64,000 bases of DNA, taken from Cyanobacteriota bacterium (GTDB lineage: Bacteria > Cyanobacteriota > Cyanobacteriia > PCC-6307 > Cyanobiaceae). Location of the stretch: NCBI GenBank assembly GCA_046047935.1, contig JBJOHA010000058.1, positions 16,601 through 80,600 of the forward strand. Direction: 5' to 3'. Under the pieces are notes generated by a model, which saw only the letters and a program-made list of their open reading frames with translations, did not search any database and was not told where the DNA came from. The translations under genes were made by a program, and so were the position numbers. Below are positions 20,633 to 31,755 of this stretch, piece by piece; position 1 is the first letter of the stretch, and each line of letters opens with the position of its first letter.

Positions 20633-22044
20633 TCCCGCAGCACGCGGAGTTTGAGAGCCACCTCCCGCTCCTCTCGATCGGGCTCTGATCCCCGCACCAA
20701 GCCCGCCCCGGCCGTGAGGTCCAGGCTGTCGGGGCGGAGCAGGCCGCTGCGGATCGCCACGCGCAGCTCCGCGTCGCCTTGGCTGTCGATCCAGCCGATC
20801 GGGGCCGCGTAGCGCCCGCGCTCAAACGGCTCAAGGGTGCGGAGCCAGGCCATCGCCTCCCGCCGTGGCAAGCCCGCCACGGCCGGCGTGGGATGGAGAG
20901 CTTCTGCCAGCTCCAAGGGGGTTTGCCCCTGGAGGCGAGCGGTGATCGGCGTGTGCAGGTGCACCAACCCGCCATGGCGCGCCAATCGCGGACGACGAGG
21001 CCGCTGGGGAAGAAGGCCAGCCTGGCGGAGCACGCGGTGGATGGTCTCCACCACAAGATCATGCTCATGGAGGTCCTTGTCGGACCCGAGGAGCGCCCCG
21101 GCGTCGCCGCCGCCGGGGCAGGTGCCTGCCAGGGCATCCGCGCGCAACACCCCCTGCCGCAGGCTGAACAACCGCTCAGGGGAGGCTCCCAGGAGGGTTT
21201 CCTCGCGGGTTGTCTGCCACAGGAAGCGGCAGCTCCCCGGCTGGCTGCGGCGCAGGTGGGTCAGCAGTTGTCGCGGATCGAGGGGACCGCGCAGCTCCAG
21301 ACGCTGCCGAGCGGCCAACACCAGCTTGTGCAGATCGCCCCGCTCCACCAGCTCCAGTCCTTGATGGAGCGCGGCCCGATAGGCGTCTCCCCAGGTGGAG
21401 CAGCGCTCCACCAGCGGCGCCTCCAGCGTCGCCGACGGGGGGAGGTCAGCCTCCAGAGCCGCCAGGCCCTCAAGATGGCGAGCCATCTCCCAAAGCTCCT
21501 CCGCCACCGCCCGGGGCGTGATCGCCCCCCCCAGGCCTCGCTGCAGCCTCAACCAGCCATGGCGTCCCTGGCGACTGAATTGCCAGCGGGGCAGCACGGC
21601 CTCCACACCAGCCACGCCCTCCCCCTCCAGCAGGGGGCTGTCGAAGAAGGCGAAGGCCAGCAGCACCCGCGGACGGGCCAGGGGCGGCAACGGCCGCGGA
21701 TCGCAAGCCAGGCGTTGCAGGCTGAGGCCGCAGAACCGTTGGGCGAGCTCAAAGCGGCGCGGCCCGCTCAGCTGCAGGGTGTTGCACCGTCCGCTGGCCG
21801 CCAAGCACAAGCCGGGGGCCCCATCCCACAGGAAGCGGAAGGGATCGGCGCTCCCCAGCGCGGCGTTCCCCAGGGCCGGGAGTAGCGCCAGGGGGTCGAG
21901 CCGTCGCCCCGGCCTGATTTGGAGCGGGAGGGCGAGGCTGAGCACAGGCTCCTCCTCCATGGCGCCCGGCGACGCAGACTCCGCGCGGCGGGCCAGGGCC
22001 GCCGCCGCGTCAAGCAACCCGGGGAAGGTCGGGGGGGCCAGCAC
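20584..22044 (-). CDS. menF: Isochorismate synthase
   Basis: [39 protein letters not shown]. Confidence 0.92.
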   Translation of the reverse strand: MLAPPTFPGLLDAAAALARRAESASPGAMEEEPVLSLALPLQIRPGRRLDPLALLPALGNAALGSADPFRFLWDGAPGLCLAASGRCNTLQLSGPRRFELAQRFCGLSLQRLACDPRPLPPLARPRVLLAFAFFDSPLLEGEGVAGVEAVLPRWQFSRQGRHGWLRLQRGLGGAITPRAVAEELWEMARHLEGLAALEADLPPSATLEAPLVERCSTWGDAYRAALHQGLELVERGDLHKLVLAARQRLELRGPLDPRQLLTHLRRSQPGSCRFLWQTTREETLLGASPERLFSLRQGVLRADALAGTCPGGGDAGALLGSDKDLHEHDLVVETIHRVLRQAGLLPQRPRRPRLARHGGLVHLHTPITARLQGQTPLELAEALHPTPAVAGLPRREAMAWLRTLEPFERGRYAAPIGWIDSQGDAELRVAIRSGLLRPDSLDLTAGAGLVRGSEPDREEREVALKLRVLRDQLLPATDGASRRAIV

Positions 22045-22104
22045 CAGGGGAGCCTCGGATCAAGGTCGAAGAGCTGCTCAAATGTATGGGCCTTTGCCCG
22101 TCCC

Positions 22105-23160
22105 ATGCCTGTGCCAGGCCCGCTGGAGCCCAAGGTCGTCGCAAGCCGTTACGCCACGCCCCCCTCCTCGCCCTCCACGCCCCCCGGTTCCCGCAGCGGA
22201 TCCCCGTCCCCGTCGCCGGCGGGGGGGGATTCACTGGAGCGCGGGCGACTGTGGCGAGCGGCCATCAAGTGGCCGATGTACAGCGTGGCCGTGATGCCCG
22301 TGCTGCTGGCCGCCGGCTGGCGCTGGGGGCAGGGACTGCCGGTGCGGATCGAGCAGGTGGGACTCTTCTTGATGGCGGCCATCCTGCTGCTGGGCTGGGA
22401 GAACTTGACCAATGACGTCTTCGACGCCGATACGGGCGTGGATGCCATCGGCAAACCCCACTCGCTCGTGAACCTCACCGGGCGGCGGGACCGGATCGCT
22501 GCCCTGGCCCAGGGCTGTCTGGGGCTCGGCCTCGCCCTCATGGCCCTTGTGGCCCTGCGCAGCGTCCCCGTGGTGCTGGCTCTGGTGCTGGCCTGTTGCG
22601 GGCTTGGCTATCTGTATCAAGGCCCCCCCTTCCGCTTGGGCTACCGAGGCTGGGGAGAGCCCCTCTGCTGGCTGGCCTTCGGCCCGCTGGCCACCGCCGC
22701 CGCCCTGCTGGCCGTGGCGCCCCCGCCGCCCGTCCCGGCTCCCGTCCCCTGGACGACGGCGATGGTGCTGGGGGCGGGTCCGGCCCTCGCCACCACTTTG
22801 GTGCTCTTCTGCTCCCATTTTCATCAGGTGGAGGAGGATGCGTTCCACGGCAAGCGCTCCCCGGTGGTGCGGCTCGGCACAAGACGGGCGGCGGCCCTCG
22901 TTCCCTGGTTTGTGGCCAGCGGCCTGGCGTTGCAGTGGGCGCCGGTGCTCATCGGTTGGTGGCCCCCCACAGCCCTGCTCGCGGCTGTGGGCCTGCCCCC
23001 CGCGCGGGCCTTGATCCGCTTGCTGGCCACCGGCCACGACCAACCGGAGAGGATCGCCGGCAGCAAATTTCTGGCCCTGCGCTTCCAGGCCTTGAGTGGT
23101 CTGGGATTGACGGCCGGGCTGGCCCTCGGACCCTGGTGGCTGGGTCTGACAGGACGATGA
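22105..23160 (+). CDS. menA: DHNA phytyl/prenyltransferase
   Basis: AAIKWPMYSVA, NDVFDADTGVD, YQGPPFRLGY; start ATG 22105. Confidence 0.92.
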   Translation: MPVPGPLEPKVVASRYATPPSSPSTPPGSRSGSPSPSPAGGDSLERGRLWRAAIKWPMYSVAVMPVLLAAGWRWGQGLPVRIEQVGLFLMAAILLLGWENLTNDVFDADTGVDAIGKPHSLVNLTGRRDRIAALAQGCLGLGLALMALVALRSVPVVLALVLACCGLGYLYQGPPFRLGYRGWGEPLCWLAFGPLATAAALLAVAPPPPVPAPVPWTTAMVLGAGPALATTLVLFCSHFHQVEEDAFHGKRSPVVRLGTRRAAALVPWFVASGLALQWAPVLIGWWPPTALLAAVGLPPARALIRLLATGHDQPERIAGSKFLALRFQALSGLGLTAGLALGPWWLGLTGR

Positions 23161-24200
23161 ACCGGCGGATCCAGCTCCATTGGCGTCCCTTCGCCTTCCC
23201 CCTTCCCACCCCCCTCCAGACAGCCGCCGGTGCCCTGATCGAGCGGCAAGGCTGGCTGCTGCGCCTCGAGACCGCTGCGGGGCAGGTGGGGTGGGGGGAG
23301 GCGACGCCCCTGGCCTTCGGCGAGGCCCTGCCCGAGAGGCTGGCGGCCTGCGCCAGGGCCCTGGAACGGCTGGGCGACGCCACCTGGACGCGCCTGGACT
23401 GGGAGCGGCAGCTGCCGCATCTGCCCCCACCGCTGGCCTTCGCGCTGGGGGCGGCCTTGGCGGAAGCCGACGGGCTGGTGGGGCCGGCCGCGGGGGGATG
23501 GCGCCCGGCGCCACCCTCCGCCGAGTTGTTGCCGGCGGGCGCGGAGGCCCTCGCCGTGGCCCGCGCCCTGTTGGAGGCCCGTTCCGCGCTGAAGGCCGGG
23601 GGCGCGGGGGAGGTGGCCGCCCAACCCCTCACGCTCAAATGGAAGGTGGGGGTGTGCGCGGAGACGAAAGAGCTGGACTGGCTGGCGCAGCTGTTGAACC
23701 TGCTGCCCGCAGAGGCCCGTCTGCGACTGGATGCCAACGGCGCCTTCGACCGCGCGACGGCTTGGCGCTGGGCCGAGCGCTTGCGCGGCGAGGGCCGTCT
23801 GGAGTGGCTGGAGCAGCCCCTCGATCCAGCGGATCTGGTCGGTTTGGAGGCCTTGGCCCGACAGGTGCCCGTCGCCCTGGATGAGTCGCTGCTGCGCGAT
23901 CCCACCCTGCGGGACCGCTGGCCGGGTTGGCAGGTGCGCCGCCCCTCCCAGGAGGGCGATCCCCGCCCTCTGCTGCGCGCCTTGGAGGAGGGGCGCTCGA
24001 AGTGGATGGTGAGCACCAGCTTCGAAACCGGAATCGGCCAGCGTTGGCTGGCGCACCTGGCGGCGCTGCAACAGGCGGGTCCCACCCCCGTCGCTCCCGG
24101 ACTGGCCCCCGGATGGCGCGCGCCGGGGGGATTGGGGTCCGACGTTCCAGAAGCGGTCTGGCAGGCGGCAGCCCCCTGCGTGCCCCTGGCGCGGAGTTGA
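23157..24200 (+). CDS. menC: o-succinylbenzoate synthase
   Basis: ATGA overlap with menA; LKWKV, LRLDANG, LEQP, ALDES. Confidence 0.9.
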   Translation: MNRRIQLHWRPFAFPLPTPLQTAAGALIERQGWLLRLETAAGQVGWGEATPLAFGEALPERLAACARALERLGDATWTRLDWERQLPHLPPPLAFALGAALAEADGLVGPAAGGWRPAPPSAELLPAGAEALAVARALLEARSALKAGGAGEVAAQPLTLKWKVGVCAETKELDWLAQLLNLLPAEARLRLDANGAFDRATAWRWAERLRGEGRLEWLEQPLDPADLVGLEALARQVPVALDESLLRDPTLRDRWPGWQVRRPSQEGDPRPLLRALEEGRSKWMVSTSFETGIGQRWLAHLAALQQAGPTPVAPGLAPGWRAPGGLGSDVPEAVWQAAAPCVPLARS

Positions 24201-24204
24201 GACG

Positions 24205-25524
24205 ATGGCGAGATCCATCGTGCCGTTCACCCTGCTGGCCGCGGAAGCGGGTTGGCCAACGCTGGAAGAAACCCTCTCGGCCCTGTCGCAGCGCGGTGGC
24301 CTGGTGGGCCTGGCAGAGGCGCGGGAGCTGGGGGCGTTGGCGGAGGCCTTCGGGGGGGCGACCGGCGAGCCCTCGCTGGAACTGGCCGGCTTCCCACCGG
24401 GGGTGGTGGTGGGCAGCGGCGGCAGCAGCGGGGGACGGCGCTGGTGTCTGCAGCCCCTGGCCGGTCTCGAAACCTCCGCTGCGGCCACAGGCGCCTGGCT
24501 GCGCGGGTTGGGAATCGAACCCAGCCAGACCGTGGTGGTGAACCCCCTGCCTTGGCATCACGTCAGCGGCCTGATGCCCTGGCTGCGGGCGCGGATGTGG
24601 GGGGCGGAGCATCGGGTGTTGGCCCCTGAACGCTTGCGCCAGGCGAGCGCCCTGGCCGACGCTCAGCCCCTTCCGCGCCAGAAACCCGCCCTGCTCTCCC
24701 TCGTCCCCACCCAGCTGCATCGCCTCCTGGCTGATCCGACGGGCGTGGACTGGTTGCGGTCCTTCGCGGTGATCTGGGTGGGCGGGGCTCCTTTGGCGCC
24801 AGCCGAGGTGGAACGCAGCCGGGCGGCCGGCCTTCGGTTGGCTCCGTGTTACGGCAGCACGGAAACCGGCTCGATGGTGACGGCCCTGGCGCCAGAGGCC
24901 TTTCTGGCGGGGCGCGAGGGCTGTGGCCCGCCCCTTCACCATGCCCGTCTGCGCATCGCCTCGGGGGATGGAGCGGTGGAGGTGCAGGCGACGAGCCTGA
25001 GCCCGGGCCACTTGCAGGGCGGCGAGCTGCGTCCTCTGGCACTGGCGGGGGGGTGGTGGCGCAGTGGCGATCAGGGCCGCCTCGATCCCGGAGGCCTCAC
25101 CCTGCTGGGGCGTCTGGACGGGGCGATGCACAGCGGCGGCGAAACCGTCTTCCCTGAGGCGGTGGAAGGGGAACTGCTCCGTCTGGCGGCGGAACGAGCC
25201 CTGCCGCTCGACCACCTGTTGCTGCTGCCGCGCACGGATCGGGAGTGGGGGGAGCGGTTGGTGGCCCTGGCGCGACCCCTGGAGGGGAGAAAGGAAGAGC
25301 CTCTGCTGAAAGCCCTGAAGGAGCTGGCCCAAGGCCTTCCTCCCGCCCAACGCCCCGTGGCGTGGCATCTCTGCCCGGAGCTTGGGCCCACTGCGCTTGG
25401 GAAGTGGGAGCGGGGGCGGTGGCGCGCTTGGCTGGATGAGGCGGAACAGGCTCGAAGCACCGGCAGGAGCAGAGAAGCCGGCAGGAGCAGAGAAGCTGGG
25501 GAGGGGGGAGCTCGGGGGGAGTGA
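24205..25524 (+). CDS. menE: o-succinylbenzoate-CoA ligase
   Basis: SGGSSG, PCYGSTET, SGD, GRLD...SGGETVFP adenylation motifs; position in the men cluster. Confidence 0.9.
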   Translation: MARSIVPFTLLAAEAGWPTLEETLSALSQRGGLVGLAEARELGALAEAFGGATGEPSLELAGFPPGVVVGSGGSSGGRRWCLQPLAGLETSAAATGAWLRGLGIEPSQTVVVNPLPWHHVSGLMPWLRARMWGAEHRVLAPERLRQASALADAQPLPRQKPALLSLVPTQLHRLLADPTGVDWLRSFAVIWVGGAPLAPAEVERSRAAGLRLAPCYGSTETGSMVTALAPEAFLAGREGCGPPLHHARLRIASGDGAVEVQATSLSPGHLQGGELRPLALAGGWWRSGDQGRLDPGGLTLLGRLDGAMHSGGETVFPEAVEGELLRLAAERALPLDHLLLLPRTDREWGERLVALARPLEGRKEEPLLKALKELAQGLPPAQRPVAWHLCPELGPTALGKWERGRWRAWLDEAEQARSTGRSREAGRSREAGEGGARGE

Positions 25525-25617
25525 GGGGCATTGGCCTCTTGAGCGCGAGCCCGCTGCGGCGAGCCGTCCGTCTCCTGCGGAGCCGCAGGGCATGGAGGCA
25601 AGAGGCCGGGCTTGGGC

Positions 25618-27585
25618 TCAAAGCCGACAGGTCAACATCCAGCCGTTGGTTCCCGCGACCTGCCAGCGGGGCAGCCAATGGAGGAAAGAATAATGAAGTC
25701 CGGCGCCGTCGTGATGGCTGAGGTAGCCACCCTTCAGCAGGTCGCAGTTGCCATAGGGGTCGTTGATGAAGAAACCCGTGGCGTCGTAGCCGATGATCAC
25801 ACTCCAGTGGCCGCCGCCCGTGGGTGCGGAGAAGGGCCCGTCGCAAAGCCAGCCAACAGCCACCGGTCGACCGGCGTCAATCTCCTCCTTCAGCATGGGT
25901 GGGGTGCCATCCGTGCGGAAATCGGCCTTCAATCCCAGGGAGCGGAGCGCCGCCAGCTGGGCTTGCGAGGACGTGCTGTCGCCATAACGAGCTCGAACGG
26001 AATCGTAAATGTTTTCATTGGGTTCCTTGCCCCAATACATGGCGAGCATGGCAGAGCTGGCGGAGAAACATTCGCGCCATCCCTGTCCATCCGCCATCGC
26101 CAGTTGATCGGCGTAAGGCACCCGGAGGAGTTTGGATCCAGGGGGTGCGGCTGGGGTGCTTCCCTCCGGGCGGCACCAGAGATTGCCCTCCGCTTCACGG
26201 CGGCGGCGCAGACCCGCCTCCACCGCAGTGCCAGGATCGCAGTAAAGGAGGAAGGCCTCAGGCACCTGATCCCAATCGCGGCTATCAAGGACAAGGCTGA
26301 TGGTGGCGAAGTTGGCGGTGTCGCCATAGAAATTCGCTCCTAGATTCCAGGCAAAGTCGAGGAGGGCGCAACGCTGATTCCCGTGCATCTCCCCCCAATG
26401 CGGGATCGTTTCGGCCAGATGGCGGGACAACGCCTCCACCTGACGCACCAATTCTGCCTCGGCCTGGGCCGGATCGATCATCTGCCCTGGCCGCACGGGC
26501 TCACCCGCCAGGGTGATGAAGCCATAGCCAATGGTCCAGGGTTCGCCGCCACTGGCAGGATCGGGGTAAGCGTGGTCGACAAAGCCCTCAAAGGTGCGGA
26601 TCAAATCGAGGGCGGGTGCGATGGCTGAGGGGGCCGCCCCACGGGGGCCATCAGGGGACGGCGCGGCTGGGGCTTGTGGAGCAACGGCGGGCGGGGAAAT
26701 CACAGGCGAGGCAACCACAGGGGGAGCGACTGCGGGCGGGGCGACGGATCGCGGAGCAGCGTCAACGGCTGGGGGGGCCATGGATCTAAGGGGGATCGCT
26801 GGCGGAGGAGGCGCTTGCTCAGCGGCGGCTGTGGTGGTGGAGGTGGTGTTGGCGGCGGTGGCGATGGTGCTGGCGGTGGCGTCAATACGGGAAGCGGCCT
26901 CATCGTCTGGAGTGCCGCTGCGAAGGCGGGGCTGTATCGCATTGGACACCTTGTTGGCCACGTAGGGAGCAAACAGGCTCAGGCCGGAAACCAGAAACGT
27001 GGTGACAGCTGTCATCGACGCGGGCAGCTGACAGGTGAGGCCAAAGCTGTAGAGCGCAAAGGTGCCGAAGCCCATGTAGAGCATCAGGATTCCCATGCCG
27101 CCCAGGGTCGCGATCATCCGACTGCTGCTGGCCTCCAGCATCATCACCGCAACCGCTCGACCACTGGCGTCGCGCAACACCTTGCGGGAGGCCGTGTCCT
27201 TGGAATTGATGGTCATGACATCGCCGCCCGCATCCGTCCAGCGGCTCTCCACCGGCAGGGTGAGGCGGGTGGGCTCGGAGAGCGCGTTGGCCAGCGACCA
27301 CCCCTCCTTTTGCAGACGCCGCTTCACCAACAGCAAGCCACCCGCAGTGCCGATGGCGACAACCAGGGTGATGGCGCAAACCATGGGCAGGGCCATGGTG
27401 CGGCAAGCGGCATCGTTGACCCCCGCAGCCATGACTCCCACCGCCTGGTTCAGGGGTTGGGCCAGAGCACCCGGAGCGCTCAGACCCAGCGCGAAGGCAG
27501 CCGCGCGTCTCCACGGACACCAGCGCACCAGTCTGGGCCAGCTCCCCGGGGACGAAGGTCCGCGATCCAAGGACAATCTCGGCAT
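25618..27585 (-). CDS. Membrane-anchored GH24 lysozyme plus C39-like peptidase fusion
   Basis: Hydrophobic N-terminal helices, Pro/Ala linker, FEGFVDHAYPDPASGGEPWTIGYG, RRREAE; then ECFSAS, GGGHWSVIIGYD, DPYG; start ATG 27585. Confidence 0.85.
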   Translation of the reverse strand: MPRLSLDRGPSSPGSWPRLVRWCPWRRAAAFALGLSAPGALAQPLNQAVGVMAAGVNDAACRTMALPMVCAITLVVAIGTAGGLLLVKRRLQKEGWSLANALSEPTRLTLPVESRWTDAGGDVMTINSKDTASRKVLRDASGRAVAVMMLEASSSRMIATLGGMGILMLYMGFGTFALYSFGLTCQLPASMTAVTTFLVSGLSLFAPYVANKVSNAIQPRLRSGTPDDEAASRIDATASTIATAANTTSTTTAAAEQAPPPPAIPLRSMAPPAVDAAPRSVAPPAVAPPVVASPVISPPAVAPQAPAAPSPDGPRGAAPSAIAPALDLIRTFEGFVDHAYPDPASGGEPWTIGYGFITLAGEPVRPGQMIDPAQAEAELVRQVEALSRHLAETIPHWGEMHGNQRCALLDFAWNLGANFYGDTANFATISLVLDSRDWDQVPEAFLLYCDPGTAVEAGLRRRREAEGNLWCRPEGSTPAAPPGSKLLRVPYADQLAMADGQGWRECFSASSAMLAMYWGKEPNENIYDSVRARYGDSTSSQAQLAALRSLGLKADFRTDGTPPMLKEEIDAGRPVAVGWLCDGPFSAPTGGGHWSVIIGYDATGFFINDPYGNCDLLKGGYLSHHDGAGLHYSFLHWLPRWQVAGTNGWMLTCRL

Positions 27586-27923
27586 GGTTTTCTCGCCGGA
27601 GAGGCTTGCCGATGGTGACACGATAAACGTCGCCTCCGGACCGGAGTCACGGCGAGGATGTTCAACGTTGGCTGGCCTCCATGACCCCAAAGGACGCTCG
27701 GCCCTTGCTTGGAGGATTGACAGGGGGGCGCTGCGTGAATGGCCGGCGGCCTCATCCTTGAACGATGGCGCTGCAGCTGCATCACAATCATTCCTGAACG
27801 CAAGCATTTCGCGTCTTGGGTGTGTTTCGGAGCTGCTCCAAGCCGACAGATCAAGCCGACAGATCAAGAGCCTCTGCTGAGCTCGATCGCTTGGCAAGCG
27901 TGCTCAAGGCGCGCCGGACCGCT

Positions 27924-28388
27924 TCAAAGGGGTTGCACGCCGTTGACCAGACTGGACGCCTCGAGCCAACGCCCGATGGGATCGGGAAGCAGGCAGCGTC
28001 GGCGTTCGGCGGCTTGGATGGCCAGATGGCGGGTCAACGCTTGGGCCACCAGCTCACCATGGCGGCTGAAGCGATAGCTCACCTCAAATCCCCCCGGATC
28101 CAGCCGAGCCGGTCGAAGAGCAATGGCCAGGGGATCGCCCACCCGCAGGGGCTGAAGGTAATCGGCACGGCAATGCACGATGGGCAGGGCCACAGGCAAG
28201 GGGGTGTCGTCGGCCGACAACGCCAAGCGCGGGAAAATGTCCACGGGGGGCACGCCAAAGCGTTCCAAGCTCTCTTCATAGGCTTCATGACACCAGCGCA
28301 GAAGCTGGTGAAAATGCATGACGCCAGCGGCATCCGTCTCTCCGAATCGCACGCTGCGGCAGAGCATGAGCCAAGTGGAAGGATCCAT
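27924..28388 (-). CDS. DHNA-CoA thioesterase (hotdog fold)
   Basis: VRFGETDAAGVMHF, HEAYEESL, LPIVHC; next to men genes. Confidence 0.88.
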   Translation of the reverse strand: MDPSTWLMLCRSVRFGETDAAGVMHFHQLLRWCHEAYEESLERFGVPPVDIFPRLALSADDTPLPVALPIVHCRADYLQPLRVGDPLAIALRPARLDPGGFEVSYRFSRHGELVAQALTRHLAIQAAERRRCLLPDPIGRWLEASSLVNGVQPL

Positions 28389-28455
28389 GGTTCCGCCACG
28401 ATGGAAATGACGCCATCCTCCCTGATCCCGGCAGGGTTGATGACGGATGGAGCCA

Positions 28456-29640
28456 TCAACGATCCACAGATCCCATGATCACATCAATGGAGCCAAGAAT
28501 CGCCATGATGTCTGCCACCTTGTTCCCCTTGAGGATGTGGGGAAGAATTTGAAGGTTGTTGAGGTCCGCCGCTCGAATTTTGAAACGCCAGGGCGTGACA
28601 TCATCATTGCCCTGAATCAAAACACCGATTTCCCCTTTGCCAGATTCCAAGCGGGTGTAGAGTTCTCCTGAAGGAATTTTGAAGGTTGGCGCCACCTTTT
28701 TGGCGATGTACTGATAGTCAAACCCATAGGCATCGCTCTGCTTGCCTTCCGCCATGCGCTTGGCTTCCAAATTCTCTGTGGGGCCTCCGGGAATCATCTG
28801 GATGGCTTGCCGCAGAATCTTCAGCGACTGGCGCATTTCCTGGAGCCGAACCCGGTAGCGGGCATAGCAATCGCCCTCTTTTTCCCAAGCCACGTCCCAT
28901 TCGAAGTCGTCGTAGCACTCGTAGTGATCGACCTTGCGCAGGTCCCAAGGCACACCGGACGCCCGCAGCATGGGGCCGGACAGACTCCAGTTGATGGCCT
29001 CTTCGCGGCTGATGGTGCCCAGCCCTTCGATACGACGTCGAAAGATGGGGTTGTTGGTGATCAGCTTTTCGTACTCATCAATCTTGGGACCGAACCAGTC
29101 ACAAAAATCGCTGCATTTCTCCAGCCATCCGTAGGGGAGATCTACAGCAACCCCACCAATGCGGAAATAGTTGTTGTTGATTAAGCGTTGACCTGTCGCG
29201 GCTTCCCAGAGGTCATAGATCATCTCCCGTTCGCGAAAGATGTAGAAGAAGGGTGTCTGCGCACCCACGTCCGCCAAGAAGGGACCCAGCCACAGGAGGT
29301 GATTGGCGATGCGGTTCAGTTCGAGCATCAGCACGCGGATGTAGCTGGCACGCTTCGGCACCTTCACATTGGCAAGACGCTCGGGCGCATTGACCACAAT
29401 CGCCTCATAGAACATGCCTGCCGCATAGTCCATGCGGCTGACATAAGGCACGTACATGATACTTGTGCGATTTTCCGCAATCTTCTCCATGCCGCGATGG
29501 AGATAGCCGATCACGGGCTCGCAATCCACCACATCCTCGCCGTCCAACGTGACCACCAGGCGCAACACCCCGTGCATGGAGGGGTGATGGGGCCCGAAAT
29601 TCACCACCATCGGCTCAGTGCGTGTTTCGAGCTGAGTCAT
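28456..29640 (-). CDS. ndhH: NAD(P)H-quinone oxidoreductase subunit H
   Basis: [37 protein letters not shown], ends GSVDR. Confidence 0.98.
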   Translation of the reverse strand: MTQLETRTEPMVVNFGPHHPSMHGVLRLVVTLDGEDVVDCEPVIGYLHRGMEKIAENRTSIMYVPYVSRMDYAAGMFYEAIVVNAPERLANVKVPKRASYIRVLMLELNRIANHLLWLGPFLADVGAQTPFFYIFREREMIYDLWEAATGQRLINNNYFRIGGVAVDLPYGWLEKCSDFCDWFGPKIDEYEKLITNNPIFRRRIEGLGTISREEAINWSLSGPMLRASGVPWDLRKVDHYECYDDFEWDVAWEKEGDCYARYRVRLQEMRQSLKILRQAIQMIPGGPTENLEAKRMAEGKQSDAYGFDYQYIAKKVAPTFKIPSGELYTRLESGKGEIGVLIQGNDDVTPWRFKIRAADLNNLQILPHILKGNKVADIMAILGSIDVIMGSVDR

Positions 29641-29731
29641 GGAGTGGGGCGTCCGTGGCGGGGCGGATTCTAGGCAGGTTGGAGGCCCTCGGGTTGAGCG
29701 ATCATGGGCTCCTCTGCCTTCGCCCGGGTCC

Positions 29732-30709
29732 ATGACGGCCGACCTGCTGCGCAACAGCCTCAAGCTGGCCGTGGCCATCGGAATCACAGCGGCGCTGGCG
29801 GAGCATTTCGACCGCCTCTCCTTTGCCTGGTACCCCCTGCTGGCCGTGGTGATCGTGGTGGATGACAACGACGATCAGACCCTGCGGGCCGCCAGCGGTC
29901 GGATCCTGGGCACGGTGGTCGGCTGTCTGCTCACGTTTTGGGTGCACAGCGTGGCCAGCGGTTGGCCCGGGGTCTTCCTCACCCTCCTGTTGCTGGTGCC
30001 GGTGTTGCGCCTGCTGGGGTGGCAGAGCGCCATGGGCACCGCAGGCCTGATTCCCATCGTGTTCCTCATGATCCCCGCCCATGTGGAGCTCGACTGGACT
30101 TACGCCGTCGATCGCTCCCTCGACACGGCCGTGGGCTGCGCCGTCGCCCTGGCCGTTGGCCTGCTCTTTTGGCCCCGCTCCGGCCTCCAGCAGCTCGGCG
30201 CCACCGAGGAGAATCTGCGCCAGCGCCTGCGGGAGCAGCTCGTCGCCTACCGCGACTGGCTGGACGGTCGCGCTCCCCGCCCCGATCCCCTGCCCGCCGC
30301 CGCCCTGAGCAGCTCCGTCGAACGGCTCGAGACCTTCCTGCGGGGGCAACTGGCGGGTCCGCGGGGTCGCGCTCCCCACGTCGTCCTCTGGCGACGGCGC
30401 GTGGCCCTCTGGCAAAGCCTTCGACTGCACTGGGTGCAGTGGGAACGCCTGCTGGCCGCCAGCGAGCTGCCCTCTCCGGCTCCCGGCGCCGCCGATCCCC
30501 TCAGGGGCGCCATCGGCGCCCTCGCCTCCCACCTGGACGGGAGCCCAGCGGTCCCCCCTCCATCTCCCACCCTGGACACCTGGACGCGCCTGGCCAGGGA
30601 GAGCGACCGTTCCCTCCTGACGGTGCTCGCTCTCGGGGAGGAGCAACGCCCCCTCCTGGCCTGCAGCCAGAAGCTGGCGGAACTGGGCCTTCTCCCCACC
30701 CGCCCGTGA
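29732..30709 (+). CDS. FUSC/aromatic acid exporter family protein 1
   Basis: [25 protein letters not shown]; TM-rich N-half. Confidence 0.78.
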   Translation: MTADLLRNSLKLAVAIGITAALAEHFDRLSFAWYPLLAVVIVVDDNDDQTLRAASGRILGTVVGCLLTFWVHSVASGWPGVFLTLLLLVPVLRLLGWQSAMGTAGLIPIVFLMIPAHVELDWTYAVDRSLDTAVGCAVALAVGLLFWPRSGLQQLGATEENLRQRLREQLVAYRDWLDGRAPRPDPLPAAALSSSVERLETFLRGQLAGPRGRAPHVVLWRRRVALWQSLRLHWVQWERLLAASELPSPAPGAADPLRGAIGALASHLDGSPAVPPPSPTLDTWTRLARESDRSLLTVLALGEEQRPLLACSQKLAELGLLPTRP

Positions 30710-31755
30710 TCAATCGCCCCGAGTTGCGCTTGGCCCTGACCACGGGTTTGGTGAACGGTCTCGCCAGCCTCAGTCCCCTCCCCTTCGGCCTCTACGCGCC
30801 GCTGGCTGTGCTGGCGGCGAGCGGCGGCACCTATGGCACCTCCCTGGAGCTGGGCAGACAACGGATTCTCGGCTCCGTCCTCGGCATGGCCGTTCTGCTG
30901 CTCTGTCTGCGGGGGCTGCAGGCCTGGCCGCAGCCCCTTGCCCTGGCCGTCGCCCTTGGCGCCATGCGCCTGCTCGGGGGCGCCCTGGGGTTGCAGGTGG
31001 GTTACAAGGTGGGCGGCATGATCGTCGTGATGGGCTGGCTGGCCCACGAGGAGCAGTTGGACGCCTGGGTGCCCCTGCGTCTCTTCTGGACAGTCTTCGG
31101 CATTCTTGCCTCTCTGCTCAGCCTGCGACTTCTTTGGCCAAGTCGTGGCGGCACCCTGGTGCGCGGCGCTCTGGCGGAGGTGTTCGCGAGCCTGGCGGAG
31201 GATGCGGAGCGGGAAGCCCGCGCCATGGCGGAAGGCGAGGCCCGCGCCGGGTCGGCCGAAGCGGCCCGCGCGGCGCGCCAGGCCAGTCTGCAGCGGCTGC
31301 GGCGGCTGCTGCCGGCCCTGGCGAACGAGCTGGGCGACCAACCGCTGCGCCATCCTGCCTACCAGTTGGTGGAAACCCTGGAGGAAGCGGCCTCGCGCCT
31401 GCTGGGCGCCAGTCGCTCCCTCAGCGCGCTTCCCCCCGTCACGCCGCTGGAGGCGCGCAACCTGGTGGAAGGGGAGGCAGCCCTTCTGGTGACCCTGGCC
31501 GAGCGCCTGCGCCTTTGGGCGACGATGCTGAACGGATCAGGCCCCGGCTGGCCCGCCGCCCCCGCCACGCCCCTGACCGCGCCATCGCTCTGGCTGGAGA
31601 TCGATGACCACATGAACGGAACCGCCCTCAACGCCCTGGCCCCCCGCCAGCTGGAGCGCCTCGCCGCCCGCCTCACCCTCTGCCGCCAAGCGCTGCAGGC
31701 GATGGAGACAGCGGAGCGACATTGGGCCGCCCTGCGTCCGCCTGCCGCGCCATGA
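30706..31755 (+). CDS. FUSC family protein 2
   Basis: GTG overlaps upstream stop; ELRLA, RILGSVLG, RLFWTVFG, LWP. Confidence 0.78.
   Translation: MINRPELRLALTTGLVNGLASLSPLPFGLYAPLAVLAASGGTYGTSLELGRQRILGSVLGMAVLLLCLRGLQAWPQPLALAVALGAMRLLGGALGLQVGYKVGGMIVVMGWLAHEEQLDAWVPLRLFWTVFGILASLLSLRLLWPSRGGTLVRGALAEVFASLAEDAEREARAMAEGEARAGSAEAARAARQASLQRLRRLLPALANELGDQPLRHPAYQLVETLEEAASRLLGASRSLSALPPVTPLEARNLVEGEAALLVTLAERLRLWATMLNGSGPGWPAAPATPLTAPSLWLEIDDHMNGTALNALAPRQLERLAARLTLCRQALQAMETAERHWAALRPPAAP

Noticed and set aside
20526-25846. Many long overlapping alternative-frame ORFs, here and in other GC-rich stretches
   Set aside because: Arg/Pro/Gly/Ala-rich shadow ORFs expected at high GC; they overlap well-supported genes.
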